This document shows, piece by piece, positions 9,207 through 20,304 of a DNA stretch of 64,000 nucleotides (the first letter of the stretch is position 1; each line of letters starts with the position of its first letter). This stretch comes from an uncultured Acidimicrobiales bacterium (GTDB taxonomy: Bacteria; Actinomycetota; Geothermincolia; Fen-727; Anoxymicrobiaceae): positions 64,825 to 128,824 of the forward strand of contig CAZEJS010000001.1 in the NCBI GenBank assembly GCA_964512645.1, written 5' to 3'. The notes beneath the pieces were generated by a model that did no database searches, was not told the origin of the DNA, and saw only the letters and a program-made list of their open reading frames with translations. A program made the position numbers and the translations under genes.

Positions 9207-10397
9207 CTACTGCTTGTGCTCCTTGAGCCCCATGAGGTTGGCCGCCAGCACGACGCGCTGGATCTGCGCGGTGCCCTCGTAGATCTGCATGATCTTGGCG
9301 TCCCTCATGTACTTCTCGACCGGGTAGTCCTTCATGTAACCCGATCCGCCCATGACCTGGACCGCGTCCACGGTGACCTTCATCGCCATGTCACCGCAGA
9401 ACGCCTTGGCGATCGAAGACGCTGTGGACAGCTTGCGAGCGGCGTTCTTGTCGCCCTCGGCCGCCTTCTTCGCCAGCCAGCCGGCGTGGTAGTAGAGGTT
9501 GCGGCCGGCCTCGATGCCCTGGAGCATGTCGGTCAGCATGAAGCTGATGGCCTGGTTCATTATTATCGGGGCGCCGAACTGCACGCGCTGCTTGGCGTAC
9601 GCCAGCGACTCCTCGAAGGCCGCCCGTGCGATGCCGGTCGCCAGGGCCGCGACTCCCGCGCGGGTCTGGTCGAGCGTCTGCATGACGATATAGAACGCCT
9701 TGCCGACGTCGCCCAGCATGTCGTCCTTGGAGACCTTGACGTTCTCCAGGAAAACCTCCGCGGTATGGGAGGCTCGGATTCCCAGCTTGTCCTCGTGCTT
9801 GCCCTGGCTGATGCCTTCGCTCTTGCCGTCGACGATGAAACCGGCGAGGCCCCGGTACCCCTTCTCGGGATCGGTGTTGGCGAAGATCGTGTAGACGTCG
9901 GCGATGCCGCCGTTGGTGATGAAGCACTTGCTGCCGTTCAGGACCCAGTGGTCGCCCTCGTCCTTGGCGGTCGTCTTGATCGCGGCCACGTCGCTGCCAG
10001 CCTCGGGCTCGGTGAGGCCGAAGGCGGCCAGGCCCGGGTTCTTGGGGTCGCAGAGGGGAGGCAGCCACCTCTGCTTCTGCTCGTCGGTGCCGGCGATAAG
10101 CAGAGGGGCGAGCGCGAGGTTGTTGGCGCCGATGCTCGTCGCCAGGCCCGCGCACCCCCAGGCCAGCTCCTCGAAGACCATCGCGCTGGTGAGGGGGTCG
10201 AGCCCGCCTCCACCGTACTCCTCGGGAATGCCCGCAGAGGGAAGCCCCGCCTGGGCGGCTTTGGGGAGTATCACGTCCTTGGGAAACTCACCCTTCTTGT
10301 CCCACTCCTCCGCGATCGGTCGGAGCTCGTTCAGGGCGAAGTCGTGAGCCATGTCCACCGCGGCTCTCTGTTCGTCGTCCAGCTCAAAGTCGATCAC
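9207..10397 (-). CDS. Acyl-CoA dehydrogenase
   Basis: Full-length ACAD fold. C-terminal YEGTAQIQRVV signature. GLTEPEAGSD substrate/FAD region. Confidence 0.85.
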   Translation of the reverse strand: MIDFELDDEQRAAVDMAHDFALNELRPIAEEWDKKGEFPKDVILPKAAQAGLPSAGIPEEYGGGGLDPLTSAMVFEELAWGCAGLATSIGANNLALAPLLIAGTDEQKQRWLPPLCDPKNPGLAAFGLTEPEAGSDVAAIKTTAKDEGDHWVLNGSKCFITNGGIADVYTIFANTDPEKGYRGLAGFIVDGKSEGISQGKHEDKLGIRASHTAEVFLENVKVSKDDMLGDVGKAFYIVMQTLDQTRAGVAALATGIARAAFEESLAYAKQRVQFGAPIIMNQAISFMLTDMLQGIEAGRNLYYHAGWLAKKAAEGDKNAARKLSTASSIAKAFCGDMAMKVTVDAVQVMGGSGYMKDYPVEKYMRDAKIMQIYEGTAQIQRVVLAANLMGLKEHKQ

Positions 10398-10507
10398 TCT
10401 GTTTCCTCCTTTCCGGTGTTACACTCGGAATCTCGTTCTCGTCCAAACCTCGACTATTCTATCCTGTTCCGTTCGGCCGGGCTACAAGCGCGAGCGCACC
10501 GGGCGGG

Positions 10508-11305
10508 CTACTTTCCGATGAACTCGGCCTGCCCCGGGCCCTTCTCGATGAAGGTCCGCATGCCGATCTTCTGGTCCTCGGTGGAGAAGCAGAGGGCGAT
10601 GCCCTGCGCCTCGATCACCAGGCCGTCGGATATCGAGCAGTTCAGGCCCCGGTTGATCGCGTCCTTGGCCATCGCCAGCGCGAACGGCGGGTACTTGCGG
10701 GCGTAGCGCCCGGCGACCTTCTGCGCCTCCGCGACCACCGCGGCGCCGTCGCCCTCCACGAACCTGTCCACCACCCCGTACTCCAGGCACGTCTTCGTGT
10801 CGTAGAACCTTCCGGAGAAGATCATCTCCTTGGCCCTGGCAGGCCCGATCAGCCTGGAGAGCCGCTGGGTCCCGCCGGCCCCGGGGATGATGCCCAGCAG
10901 TATTTCCGGCACCCCGATCTGCGCCGTCTCCCCGGCGAACCGCCAGTCACAGGCCAGCGCGAGCTCGCACCCGCCCCCGAGCGCGAACCCGTTGATCGCC
11001 GCTATCACCGGCTTGGGCACGTTTGCCAGCGCGGTAAGCGCGTCCTGCGCCCCGCCGATGATCTTGGTGACCAGCATCGGCGTCGCTTCGGCCATCTCCT
11101 TGATGTCCGCGCCTGCGGCGAACACCTTCTCTCCGCCGGTCACGACCACCGCCCGGACGGCGTCGTCGTACTGCAGCTCCCTTGCGCACATGCCGATCTC
11201 GATGAAGAGCTGGCTGTTGAGGGCGTTGAGCTTGGGGCGGTCGAGCCGCACCGTCGCGACGTACTCCTCAACCTCGACCTTCAAGAACTCGAAATCGTAT
11301 GCCAT
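10508..11305 (-). CDS. Enoyl-CoA hydratase/isomerase (crotonase family)
   Basis: Crotonase oxyanion-hole motifs FAAGADIKEM and INGFALGGGCELALACD. Start at ATG 11305 (RBS GGAGGTG, spacing 6). Confidence 0.8.
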   Translation of the reverse strand: MAYDFEFLKVEVEEYVATVRLDRPKLNALNSQLFIEIGMCARELQYDDAVRAVVVTGGEKVFAAGADIKEMAEATPMLVTKIIGGAQDALTALANVPKPVIAAINGFALGGGCELALACDWRFAGETAQIGVPEILLGIIPGAGGTQRLSRLIGPARAKEMIFSGRFYDTKTCLEYGVVDRFVEGDGAAVVAEAQKVAGRYARKYPPFALAMAKDAINRGLNCSISDGLVIEAQGIALCFSTEDQKIGMRTFIEKGPGQAEFIGK

Positions 11306-11480
11306 CCACAACACCTCCACTTCGGTCTCCCGTCGGGTCGGTCCCGCGGGCGATAAGGCGAACAGCCACGAGCAGCGGTAATTCTATCACGAACGTGCAA
11401 AGGCAGCGGGTGTCCGTCGCGAACGTTTCCGGGGGCGTTCGCGGCGGCGGGCGGAGGCGCCGCGGACCGGCGGGCGGGGC

Positions 11481-11873
11481 TCAGAGCGTCCGTATGTAAT
11501 CGACAATATCCGAGGTCGGGGTGCCCGGTGTGAAGAGCATGGACACGCCTTTCTCCAGCAGCCGGGCGATGTCCTCCTCGGGGATTATCCCGCCGCCTAC
11601 CACCGCGATATCGTCGGCGCCCTTCTCCTTCAACATCTCCACAACCCGGGGGAACACCGTCATGTGGGCCCCGGAAAGCACCGATAGCCCCACCACGTCC
11701 ACGTCCTCGTCAATCGCCGCCCTGACGATCTGGTCCGGCGTCTGGTGCAGGCCCAGGTAGATGACCTCCATCCCCGCGTCCCGGAGCGCGCGGGCGACAA
11801 CCTTGGCCCCGCGATCGTGCCCGTCAAGCCCCGGCTTGGCTATGAGCACCCTGTGTGTCTTCTCGCTCAACTC
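11481..11873 (-). CDS. Cobalamin (B12)-binding domain protein; small subunit of a split acyl-CoA mutase
   Basis: B12-binding DxHxxG motif in [32 protein letters not shown]. Probable TTG start at 11873 (GGGGGAG, spacing ~6), 43 nt downstream of the large-subunit stop. Confidence 0.75.
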   Translation of the reverse strand, partial: ELSEKTHRVLIAKPGLDGHDRGAKVVARALRDAGMEVIYLGLHQTPDQIVRAAIDEDVDVVGLSVLSGAHMTVFPRVVEMLKEKGADDIAVVGGGIIPEEDIARLLEKGVSMLFTPGTPTSDIVDYIRTL

Positions 11874-11916
11874 CGCTCCCCCGGCCCGGTGCGGTTCGGC
11901 GCCCCGGGCTGCTTCA

Positions 11917-13575
<1,659 letters not shown>

Positions 13576-13577
13576 CT

Positions 13578-14099
13578 TCAGTACTCTATCCCTTCGCGCA
13601 GCGGCACGCCCCTGTCGTAGCAGTGCCTCACGTTCTTCATCTCGGTGATGAGGTCGGCGCGCTCGTAGAACTCGTCCGGCGCGTACCGGCCGGTGAGCAC
13701 CAGCTCCACCGTGGGGGGCTTCGAGTCGATGACCGGGAGGACCTCGTCGAGCGTCAGCACCCCCAGCTCGACGGCCACGCTTATCTCGTCCATTATCACG
13801 ATGTCGTACTCGCCGCCGGTCAGGGCCCGGCGCGCCTCCTCCAGGCCCTCGCGGGCAAGCCTGACGTCCTCGGCGGACGGCTCCCCCTTCTTGACGAAGG
13901 TGTCGAGGCCGGCCTGTGTGAGCACGAAGTCGCCGCCCAGCCTGGGCGCGGCGACCAGCTCCCCGTACTCGCGGCCCTTGAGGAACTGGACCATGCAAAC
14001 CCGCAGGCCTTTCCCGACCGCCCTCATCGCCAGGCCCAGCGCGGCGGTGGTCTTCCCCTTGCCGTCCCCGGTATAGACCTGGATGAGCCCCTGTTCCAT
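13578..14099 (-). CDS. cobO: Cob(I)yrinic acid a,c-diamide / cob(I)alamin adenosyltransferase (CobO/CobA/BtuR family)
   Basis: P-loop [23 protein letters not shown] and family-typical length (~173 aa). ATG 14099 preceded by GGAGGG. Its stop abuts the mutase large-subunit start (2-nt gap). Confidence 0.8.
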   Translation of the reverse strand: MEQGLIQVYTGDGKGKTTAALGLAMRAVGKGLRVCMVQFLKGREYGELVAAPRLGGDFVLTQAGLDTFVKKGEPSAEDVRLAREGLEEARRALTGGEYDIVIMDEISVAVELGVLTLDEVLPVIDSKPPTVELVLTGRYAPDEFYERADLITEMKNVRHCYDRGVPLREGIEY

Positions 14100-14503
14100 C
14101 TCTTTCGACCCTCCCTCACCGGCGCCGGGAGACGCAACCGCACCCCCCGCCATCAAGACCGGGAAAAGTATATCAAAACCGGTATTTCTCATATCAAACC
14201 CGCTCTTCCGCGCATAATCGGAAACCCGGTTCCCTGGAATCGCTCGAGCCCGCTGTGCGATGCGGAACGAAAGCGTTTTCCGGCCACGAGGAGATGAAAA
14301 CCGGCGGACGAGCGGAGACGCGGCTATTCGAACGTCCTTGCGTCCGGCCAGCAAGGGCTCGTTTTCATGGGGCGCGCGCCGGCGCCCGCGCACGAAGTGG
14401 CGGATACGGGACGTGTCTTGCATATATAATTGGCGAAGCGTGCGGCGGACAGACGGGGCACGGTCTCGCAAGAGGTGCGGCAATCGATGACACGCGGCGA
14501 AAC

Positions 14504-15589
14504 ATGACGCTCGAACCGCCGGTTCTCCGGAGTATCAAGAAGTACAGAAGGCGCGTTGCCCTTCGCCAGTTGGCAATAGTGGGTTTTCCCGTCCTGCTGG
14601 CACTGGTCGTAGCGCTGGTGATGTTCGCGGCCGGACTGGACCTCGGCCCGCCCGACAGGACGCACCCGCTGAAGAGCGGTCCGGTCGCCGGAGTCGTTGT
14701 CGCCCTGTTGTTTCTCGCCATACCGGTCCTCATTTACTTCTTCGTTGCGGCTTACCAGCGTCGGAAGTTCCGGAACGAGGTCCTGGCCTCAGTCAGCCCT
14801 TTCGCTGACGAGACAATGACGCCCCGTTTTGCGAACGGGCTCTCCGGAGCGTGCATCGCCACGGACCTGGAAGAACCCAACCTGGTGGCCGCCCGTATCG
14901 GGCAACTGTCCACGTTCTCCTTCGCCTTCTCCCGCGGGGGGCTCAACGTGGCCGTTACCCGGGAGGTTCTCGACGCCGGGCTTTCGAGTCACGAAGCCGA
15001 GAGCCTGATGGCCCGTGAAGTCGCCACGATCCTCCTCGGTGATTACGTGAAGACCGCCCTCTGGTTCAGCCCCGAGCGAGTCGCGGCAATGGCGCCAACC
15101 TTCATCGTGTTCCTGCTGTTTCTCCTGGGGCTGTTCCTCAACAGCAAAGAACTGCTGCTCGTTGGCACCGGCATGATGTTCGTCGTCTTTGTGGTGACTT
15201 ACATGTCCGATCTTTACGAAGGCCTGATGAAGCTGCTTTTTCGAGGGCTCGGCCGCCGCGACGAACTGCTCGTCGATTCCATCGCCGTGAAGATCACCGG
15301 CAATCCGATGGCCCTGAGTTCCGCACTTGCCAGTCTGGAGGGCCTGGGGCTGCTCGGACATCCGCAGCCCACGCTCAAGCTGTTCAAGACAGACATACGC
15401 AACCTGTTCCGCCTTCCGGGAAGGGGCTATGGAGGCCTTGTCTACAGGGTTTTCAACGTTTCGGAACCTGATCGGGACCAGTTGCTCGAACGCCTTGGTA
15501 ATCTCGAACGGATCCAGAAGGGAGACTGGCGTTGCTTCGGCATGGTCGCCGACGGTGAGGCGTTCGTCGATCCGGGTGCATGGGAATAG
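14504..15589 (+). CDS. Hypothetical polytopic membrane protein
   Basis: ATG 14504. At least 5 predicted hydrophobic helices (FPVLLALVVALVMFAAGL, VVVALLFLAIPVLIYFFVAA, FIVFLLFLLGLFL, MMFVVFVVTYM). It has HEAES rather than an HExxH motif, so no peptidase call. Confidence 0.45.
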   Translation: MTLEPPVLRSIKKYRRRVALRQLAIVGFPVLLALVVALVMFAAGLDLGPPDRTHPLKSGPVAGVVVALLFLAIPVLIYFFVAAYQRRKFRNEVLASVSPFADETMTPRFANGLSGACIATDLEEPNLVAARIGQLSTFSFAFSRGGLNVAVTREVLDAGLSSHEAESLMAREVATILLGDYVKTALWFSPERVAAMAPTFIVFLLFLLGLFLNSKELLLVGTGMMFVVFVVTYMSDLYEGLMKLLFRGLGRRDELLVDSIAVKITGNPMALSSALASLEGLGLLGHPQPTLKLFKTDIRNLFRLPGRGYGGLVYRVFNVSEPDRDQLLERLGNLERIQKGDWRCFGMVADGEAFVDPGAWE

Positions 15590-15878
15590 GGTCCCGCGGC
15601 CGCACGCACATCCGCCAGTTCCGCCCAAGCCGGTAATCGCCGGCCTTCCGGCCCGCATGCCTCCGATCGCGCCTTCGGCATCCCGTGCCCCGGGCTGATG
15701 CCGTCAGGCGTCAAGGCGGGCGAAAAAATACCCCGGTGAAACGGGACGGGGCCCTCCTGCGTCGAATTATCATCAGACCCGCGGCGGCTCGGTGCCGCGG
15801 GCGGGAAGGGCTAACCCGCGGAATCGCGGCCACGGAGGCGATGTGAAGGCAGGGACACTGGCGGTGAGAGAGACGGTT

Positions 15879-16949
15879 ATGAGCCGCAGGCGGCTCAAGA
15901 AGACATACCTGTACCTGCGCAGGGCGAACAAGAAACGAGTCGTCCTGCTGCTCTCGGCGACTTTCCTGGCGGCGGTGCTGCTGGTGCTGTGGGGGTTTCT
16001 ACTGATACAGGACCTGGCGCTGTCCGACGAGGTCTTCCCCGGGGTGACCGTGAACGGCATGGCTGTGGGCACTATGGACCGTCAGCAGGTGGAGAGCCTG
16101 GTGAAGTCGAGCATCGTCACCGCGGTGCAGGAACCGATGGTCCTGACCCACGAGGACAGCGTCTACAAGCTGGACCTGGCGAAGATCGGCCTGTCCGTGG
16201 ACGTCGACAGGATGGTAGACGAGGCGTTCCGCAAGGGCTCCTCGATCAACATCGTGTCGAGGATGCTGAGGCGGTTCCTCGACAAACCCATCACCGGCGA
16301 CGTCCCGGTCATCCTCAAGTACGACCAGGCGCAGGTCAGAGCGTTCGTGGCGAACATCGCCGGCGACCTCGACTACGCCGCGCGAAACGCGTCGGTGGAC
16401 ATGTCAAAAGGGCACCCGGTGATAACCGGGTCGCGCAACGGCCGGAGCGTCAACCAGGAGGAACTGATCGGGCAGATCACCTCGCTCCTTCCCCAGGGGA
16501 AGCGCCGGCTGCAGATACCGGTCTCGGTGCTGAACCCGGCGGTCAGGGAGTCCGACATCGGGACGATAATTGTGCTGAAGCAGTCCGAACACAAGCTGTA
16601 CCAGTACAACGGCGGCAGGCTGGTGGACACCTACTCCTGTGCCGTGGGAACCCCCCAGTACCCCACTCCCAACGGGAAGTTCGAGATACTGGAGAAGAAG
16701 AAGGACCCCTGGTGGTACCCCCCCAAGTCGGACTGGGCCAAAGACAAGAAACCGGTGCCCCCCGGCCCGGGGAACCCCCTGGGACCGTACTGGATGGACC
16801 TGGGAAACGGTGTGGGCATCCACGCCACGCCGGACGAGGCCTCGCTCGGGTACTCGGCGTCTCACGGGTGCATCCGGCTCTCGGAGTGGAGCGCCCTGCA
16901 GGTCTTCAACGCCGTAGAGAAGGGCACCCCCGTCTACATTATCCCCTGA
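15879..16949 (+). CDS. L,D-transpeptidase (YkuD domain) with N-terminal membrane anchor
   Basis: C-terminal YkuD catalytic motif ..GIHATPDEASLGYSASHGCIRL. N-terminal TM segment LLLSATFLAAVLLVLWGFLLI. ATG 15879. Confidence 0.8.
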   Translation: MSRRRLKKTYLYLRRANKKRVVLLLSATFLAAVLLVLWGFLLIQDLALSDEVFPGVTVNGMAVGTMDRQQVESLVKSSIVTAVQEPMVLTHEDSVYKLDLAKIGLSVDVDRMVDEAFRKGSSINIVSRMLRRFLDKPITGDVPVILKYDQAQVRAFVANIAGDLDYAARNASVDMSKGHPVITGSRNGRSVNQEELIGQITSLLPQGKRRLQIPVSVLNPAVRESDIGTIIVLKQSEHKLYQYNGGRLVDTYSCAVGTPQYPTPNGKFEILEKKKDPWWYPPKSDWAKDKKPVPPGPGNPLGPYWMDLGNGVGIHATPDEASLGYSASHGCIRLSEWSALQVFNAVEKGTPVYIIP

Positions 16950-16955
16950 AAAGGG

Positions 16956-17035
16956 TGCCGCCCCCGGATGGGGCCGCGAACGGCTCTCCGGGGGCGGTTT
17001 CTTTTCCGAGGGCCTCCGGGGTCCACCCCCGGGGG
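16956..17035. terminator. Bidirectional intrinsic terminator region between convergent genes
   Basis: GC-rich inverted repeat gccgcccccgga..tccgggggcgg followed by a T-run (tttcttttcc) for the plus gene. A second hairpin ccggggtccacccccggg serves the minus-strand S8 gene. Confidence 0.6.
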
Positions 17036-17044
17036 CCCGCGGCA

Positions 17045-20000
17045 TCAGTCCGAGAACCCCCCGATGGTGTCGGTCCCGGCTCCCCGGTTGCCCCAGTACA
17101 TGGCGCGCTCGACCATTATCTTCTTCGAGGGGTCCTTGCTGCGCACCATCACCGACGCCCGGGAGTCCGAGAGCCTGTCCGCCATGTTGTAGCTCTTGCG
17201 GGAGTTCCCCGGGATGGTGTCGGAGAACACCACGTTGCCCTTGCCGGTGGGGGTCATGTAAGAGATCTCCACCTGCACGTCGGCCTTCCCGGGGTTCTGA
17301 ACGAGCGTCCAGGTCTCACGGCCGCCTGACGTCTGCCCGTCGGGCAGGTAGAAGGCGGTGTGGGGCGCGGCCAGCCCGATCGAGTCGTGGCAGGCCTCTC
17401 CCGCGGGGGAGTTCCAGTACATGGCGCGTTCGGCGATTATCGGCTTGGTGCCGTGCACCACCGTGGAGACGTCGGTGTTGGGGGGGAGCTGGTCGTTCAC
17501 CCTAACGGTCCTGCGGGAGTTGGGCTCCATGGTGAAGGAGGGGCCCGGGACCTCCCCGGAGGGGGTCTGGTAGGTGATGTTCACCCCGTTGGCGCTGTTA
17601 TGCGGGTTCTGGACGAGCACGTAGGTTATGTAGCCGGAGTCGTATCCGGTGGCACCTTCCGCCAGGTAGTAGGTGGAAGCCGGGGTGGTGGTGCCGATCG
17701 AGTCGTGGCCCTCCCGGCGGTCGTTGCGGTACATCGCTCGCTCGGGGATGACCTCCTGGTCGCTCTCCACCTTGATGGAGGCGTCCGCCTGGCCGATGTC
17801 CTGCGCCATGGAGAAGCTGGCCCGGGAGCGGGCGGGCACCTTGTGTTCGATGGTTTCCGGTCCCCTGCCCTCTATCATGTAGGTGACCTTGCAGGAGGCA
17901 TCCTTGCCTTGCGGGTTCTGGATGAGCAGCCAGGTCTCGAAGTTCCAGTTGGTGGAGCCCTCGGGGAGGTACCAGGTCTTTGCGGGAGAGGTCACCCCAA
18001 TGGAGGAGTGGCCTTCTTCTCCCGCTCCAGAGTTCCAGGTCATGGTCCTGTCGACGGCTATGGAATTTCCCTCGGTGCAGACGACCTTCGTGGAGAAGTC
18101 CTTGCTTCCCAGCTTCTCCGCGGGGTTGACGGTCGCCTGGCTGAGGGCCGGCAGGGTTACCGTACCCCCGGGGACGTCCCCCTCGGAGGTGTTGTAGGTT
18201 ATCTGGGCATGGACCGTCGCCGGGTTGGGGTTCTGGATCGACACCTGCGTGGAGAAGCCCCAGGCGGTGGTGCCCTCTGCGAGGTACCAGGTGTCACCGC
18301 CACCGAGGGTGCGGAGGGCGTCTATGCGCCCCCACCCGTAATGGTCGTCCCTTCCTTTGGCGCCGAGGTCCTTAGCGCTCTTCTGCATCCGCGACTGGAC
18401 CTGCGCAGGCGTCCACGCTGGGTACTTCGACCTCACCAGGGCCCCGAGCCCCGATGCCATGGGGCAGGCCATCGAGGTCCCGCTGAGATAGTCGTATTTC
18501 TGCTGGTAGCCCCAGGAGTTCAGCGAGCACGGGTACATCGGCAATGTCGAGTAGATCTTCCAGCCCGGCGCGGAGAGGTCCACGTCGGAGTTGTACGTGG
18601 AGAAGGCGGTGTACTTGTCCCGGTTGTCGGTGGCGCCGACGCCGATCACGTTGTCGTATCCCGCCGGGTAATTCTTTGTCGAATCCCCGGAGTTGCCGGC
18701 GGAAGCGAACACCACCGCCCCGCGCGTGTTGTGCGCATGGTTGACGGCGGCCTGCCCGGCCGCCGAGGAACCGGGGCCCCCCAGGCTCATCGAGAGGACC
18801 TGCGCGCCATGGTCGGCCGCCCATCTTACCCCGGAGTAGATGTCGTCGTACGTCCCCGACCCGTCAGATGCCAGCACCTTCACCGGCATGACCCTGGCGC
18901 CGAAGGAGACCCCGACGCCCCCCTTGTTGTTCCCCTGCACCGCCGCGGCAATCCCCGCGCAGTGGGTGCCGTGCCCCTGGTCGTCGTGCGCTGAGGCGTT
19001 GGCGTTGGTCTTGAAGAAGAGGTCGTAGGGGGCGTAGTCTACCCACGTGCTTGAGCTGTTCTGGGCGTACATGTCACCCTCGCGGTACTCGTCGACGTTG
19101 CCGGGGTAATCGCCGGCGGGGTTGAACACGATCCAGTAGTGATCGCTGGCGCTCGGCGTCTGCTGGTAGAGAACGATGTAGTACTTGACCCCTTTCGCCA
19201 GCTTCACCGGGGTGGAGAAGTTCTTGTAGATGTAAGTGACGCCGCTGGACGCTATCTCGGCGGGGTTCACCGTGTATGAGGCCAGGTTGGTCCCGGAGAG
19301 GGAGGAACGCAGGGCCACGGTGATCGTGGTCGGGCTCCCCGTCTTGTAGAACTCGAAACCGGCGGCGGTGAGGTTCTGGCCGGTCCCGGTTACAGACTGG
19401 GCGATCCTGGGCCAGGCTGTGGAACCCAAATGGGCGATTCTTTGGTAATAACCTCCATCATAGTAGTAGTCCATCAACTGGCTTATCCCCGCGAAGTTGT
19501 ACCCGGGGACGAACTTCGAGGAGAGGTCCGGGTGGTCCAGGTCGCCCCCGGTATCGATGACCGCCACGGTCACGGGGGTGGTGCCGCCGGTCTCCACGTT
19601 CCAGGCTCCCTCGGCGTTGATGTCGGCGCCGGGGGTGCCCTCCTGCCCCTTGATGACCTGCCCGGTGTTGTTCAAGCCCCACTGCCTGGGATAATCCGGG
19701 TCTTTCGGCCGGTAAGTGGCGCGCGCGATGTAGTTGGGCTCGGCATAGAGCACGTCGGGGTTGGAGCTGAGGGAGGCCACCGCCCCCTCCACCGAGACGT
19801 CCGGCCCGAGCTGGAGGAGCTGGGCGCCCGCGTCGTCACGCACTACCGCCAGGGCGCCTGCCGCCCGGCGCGCGTTGTTCTTTGAGGCTTCGCCCGCGCC
19901 CGGCTTGAAGCTGACGATCACCTGGTTTTTCATGCGGTCCGGCCTGCTGTTGCCCAAAGGGATCGCTTTCGTACACTGGGAGTACCGTTCCGCCGGCCCG

Positions 20001-20080
20001 GCGGCGTAAGCGCCGGCCACCGGCACCAGCATCGCGGAAACCAGCAGGATCGCGGCAAGGAAAACAAGACACCTGCGCAT
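17045..20080 (-). CDS. Secreted S8 (subtilisin-like) serine peptidase with four C-terminal ~110-aa repeats
   Basis: Catalytic triad motifs DTGGDLDHPDL, HGTHCAGIAAA and GTSMACPMASG. Signal peptide MAMRRCLVFLAAILLVSAMLVPVAGAYA. Start ATG ~20080 (GGAGG, spacing 8). The C-terminal 450 aa form 4 tandem repeats. Confidence 0.85.
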   Translation of the reverse strand: MRRCLVFLAAILLVSAMLVPVAGAYAAGPAERYSQCTKAIPLGNSRPDRMKNQVIVSFKPGAGEASKNNARRAAGALAVVRDDAGAQLLQLGPDVSVEGAVASLSSNPDVLYAEPNYIARATYRPKDPDYPRQWGLNNTGQVIKGQEGTPGADINAEGAWNVETGGTTPVTVAVIDTGGDLDHPDLSSKFVPGYNFAGISQLMDYYYDGGYYQRIAHLGSTAWPRIAQSVTGTGQNLTAAGFEFYKTGSPTTITVALRSSLSGTNLASYTVNPAEIASSGVTYIYKNFSTPVKLAKGVKYYIVLYQQTPSASDHYWIVFNPAGDYPGNVDEYREGDMYAQNSSSTWVDYAPYDLFFKTNANASAHDDQGHGTHCAGIAAAVQGNNKGGVGVSFGARVMPVKVLASDGSGTYDDIYSGVRWAADHGAQVLSMSLGGPGSSAAGQAAVNHAHNTRGAVVFASAGNSGDSTKNYPAGYDNVIGVGATDNRDKYTAFSTYNSDVDLSAPGWKIYSTLPMYPCSLNSWGYQQKYDYLSGTSMACPMASGLGALVRSKYPAWTPAQVQSRMQKSAKDLGAKGRDDHYGWGRIDALRTLGGGDTWYLAEGTTAWGFSTQVSIQNPNPATVHAQITYNTSEGDVPGGTVTLPALSQATVNPAEKLGSKDFSTKVVCTEGNSIAVDRTMTWNSGAGEEGHSSIGVTSPAKTWYLPEGSTNWNFETWLLIQNPQGKDASCKVTYMIEGRGPETIEHKVPARSRASFSMAQDIGQADASIKVESDQEVIPERAMYRNDRREGHDSIGTTTPASTYYLAEGATGYDSGYITYVLVQNPHNSANGVNITYQTPSGEVPGPSFTMEPNSRRTVRVNDQLPPNTDVSTVVHGTKPIIAERAMYWNSPAGEACHDSIGLAAPHTAFYLPDGQTSGGRETWTLVQNPGKADVQVEISYMTPTGKGNVVFSDTIPGNSRKSYNMADRLSDSRASVMVRSKDPSKKIMVERAMYWGNRGAGTDTIGGFSD

Positions 20081-20304
20081 CGCCATCGCCTCCAGGTTCA
20101 TCACAGGGCGGCCGGCGCCGCCCCTTTTCGAACCTGGGCTTCCAAGCGGCACCCGCCCCGGCCCGGTGCCATTCCAGAAACCCGGACTCGAACTCGCTCA
20201 TCCCCGGCTGTTGCGCAAACATTTTACCACCGGAGTTGGAGGGCCCGTCAATAACTTACGCGCCGCTTCCGAAACTGGTCGTTCCCGCGCGACTCGCCCA
20301 GGGC

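Noticed and set aside
7980-10706. 908-aa plus-strand ORF
   Set aside because: It is antisense to the methyltransferase and acyl-CoA dehydrogenase genes. The translation is Arg/Gly/Pro/Val-rich low complexity with no motifs, a typical high-GC shadow ORF.
14100-14503. Possible cobalamin riboswitch in the cobO leader or the leader of the 14504 gene
   Set aside because: I could not find a B12-box-like or other conserved riboswitch core on either strand by eye. Only AT-rich promoter-like stretches and the ATATCAAA direct repeat are present. It needs an Infernal scan.
14504-15589. M48/HtpX-like peptidase call for the membrane protein
   Set aside because: The candidate motif reads HEAES, not HExxH, and no downstream Glu/His ligand pattern is present, so it is left as a hypothetical membrane protein.
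15600-15790. GC-rich hairpins (cccgcggc..gccgcggg) upstream of the L,D-transpeptidase gene as terminator or attenuator
   Set aside because: There is no following T-tract. They are more likely incidental GC-rich secondary structure. I cannot distinguish a regulatory role.
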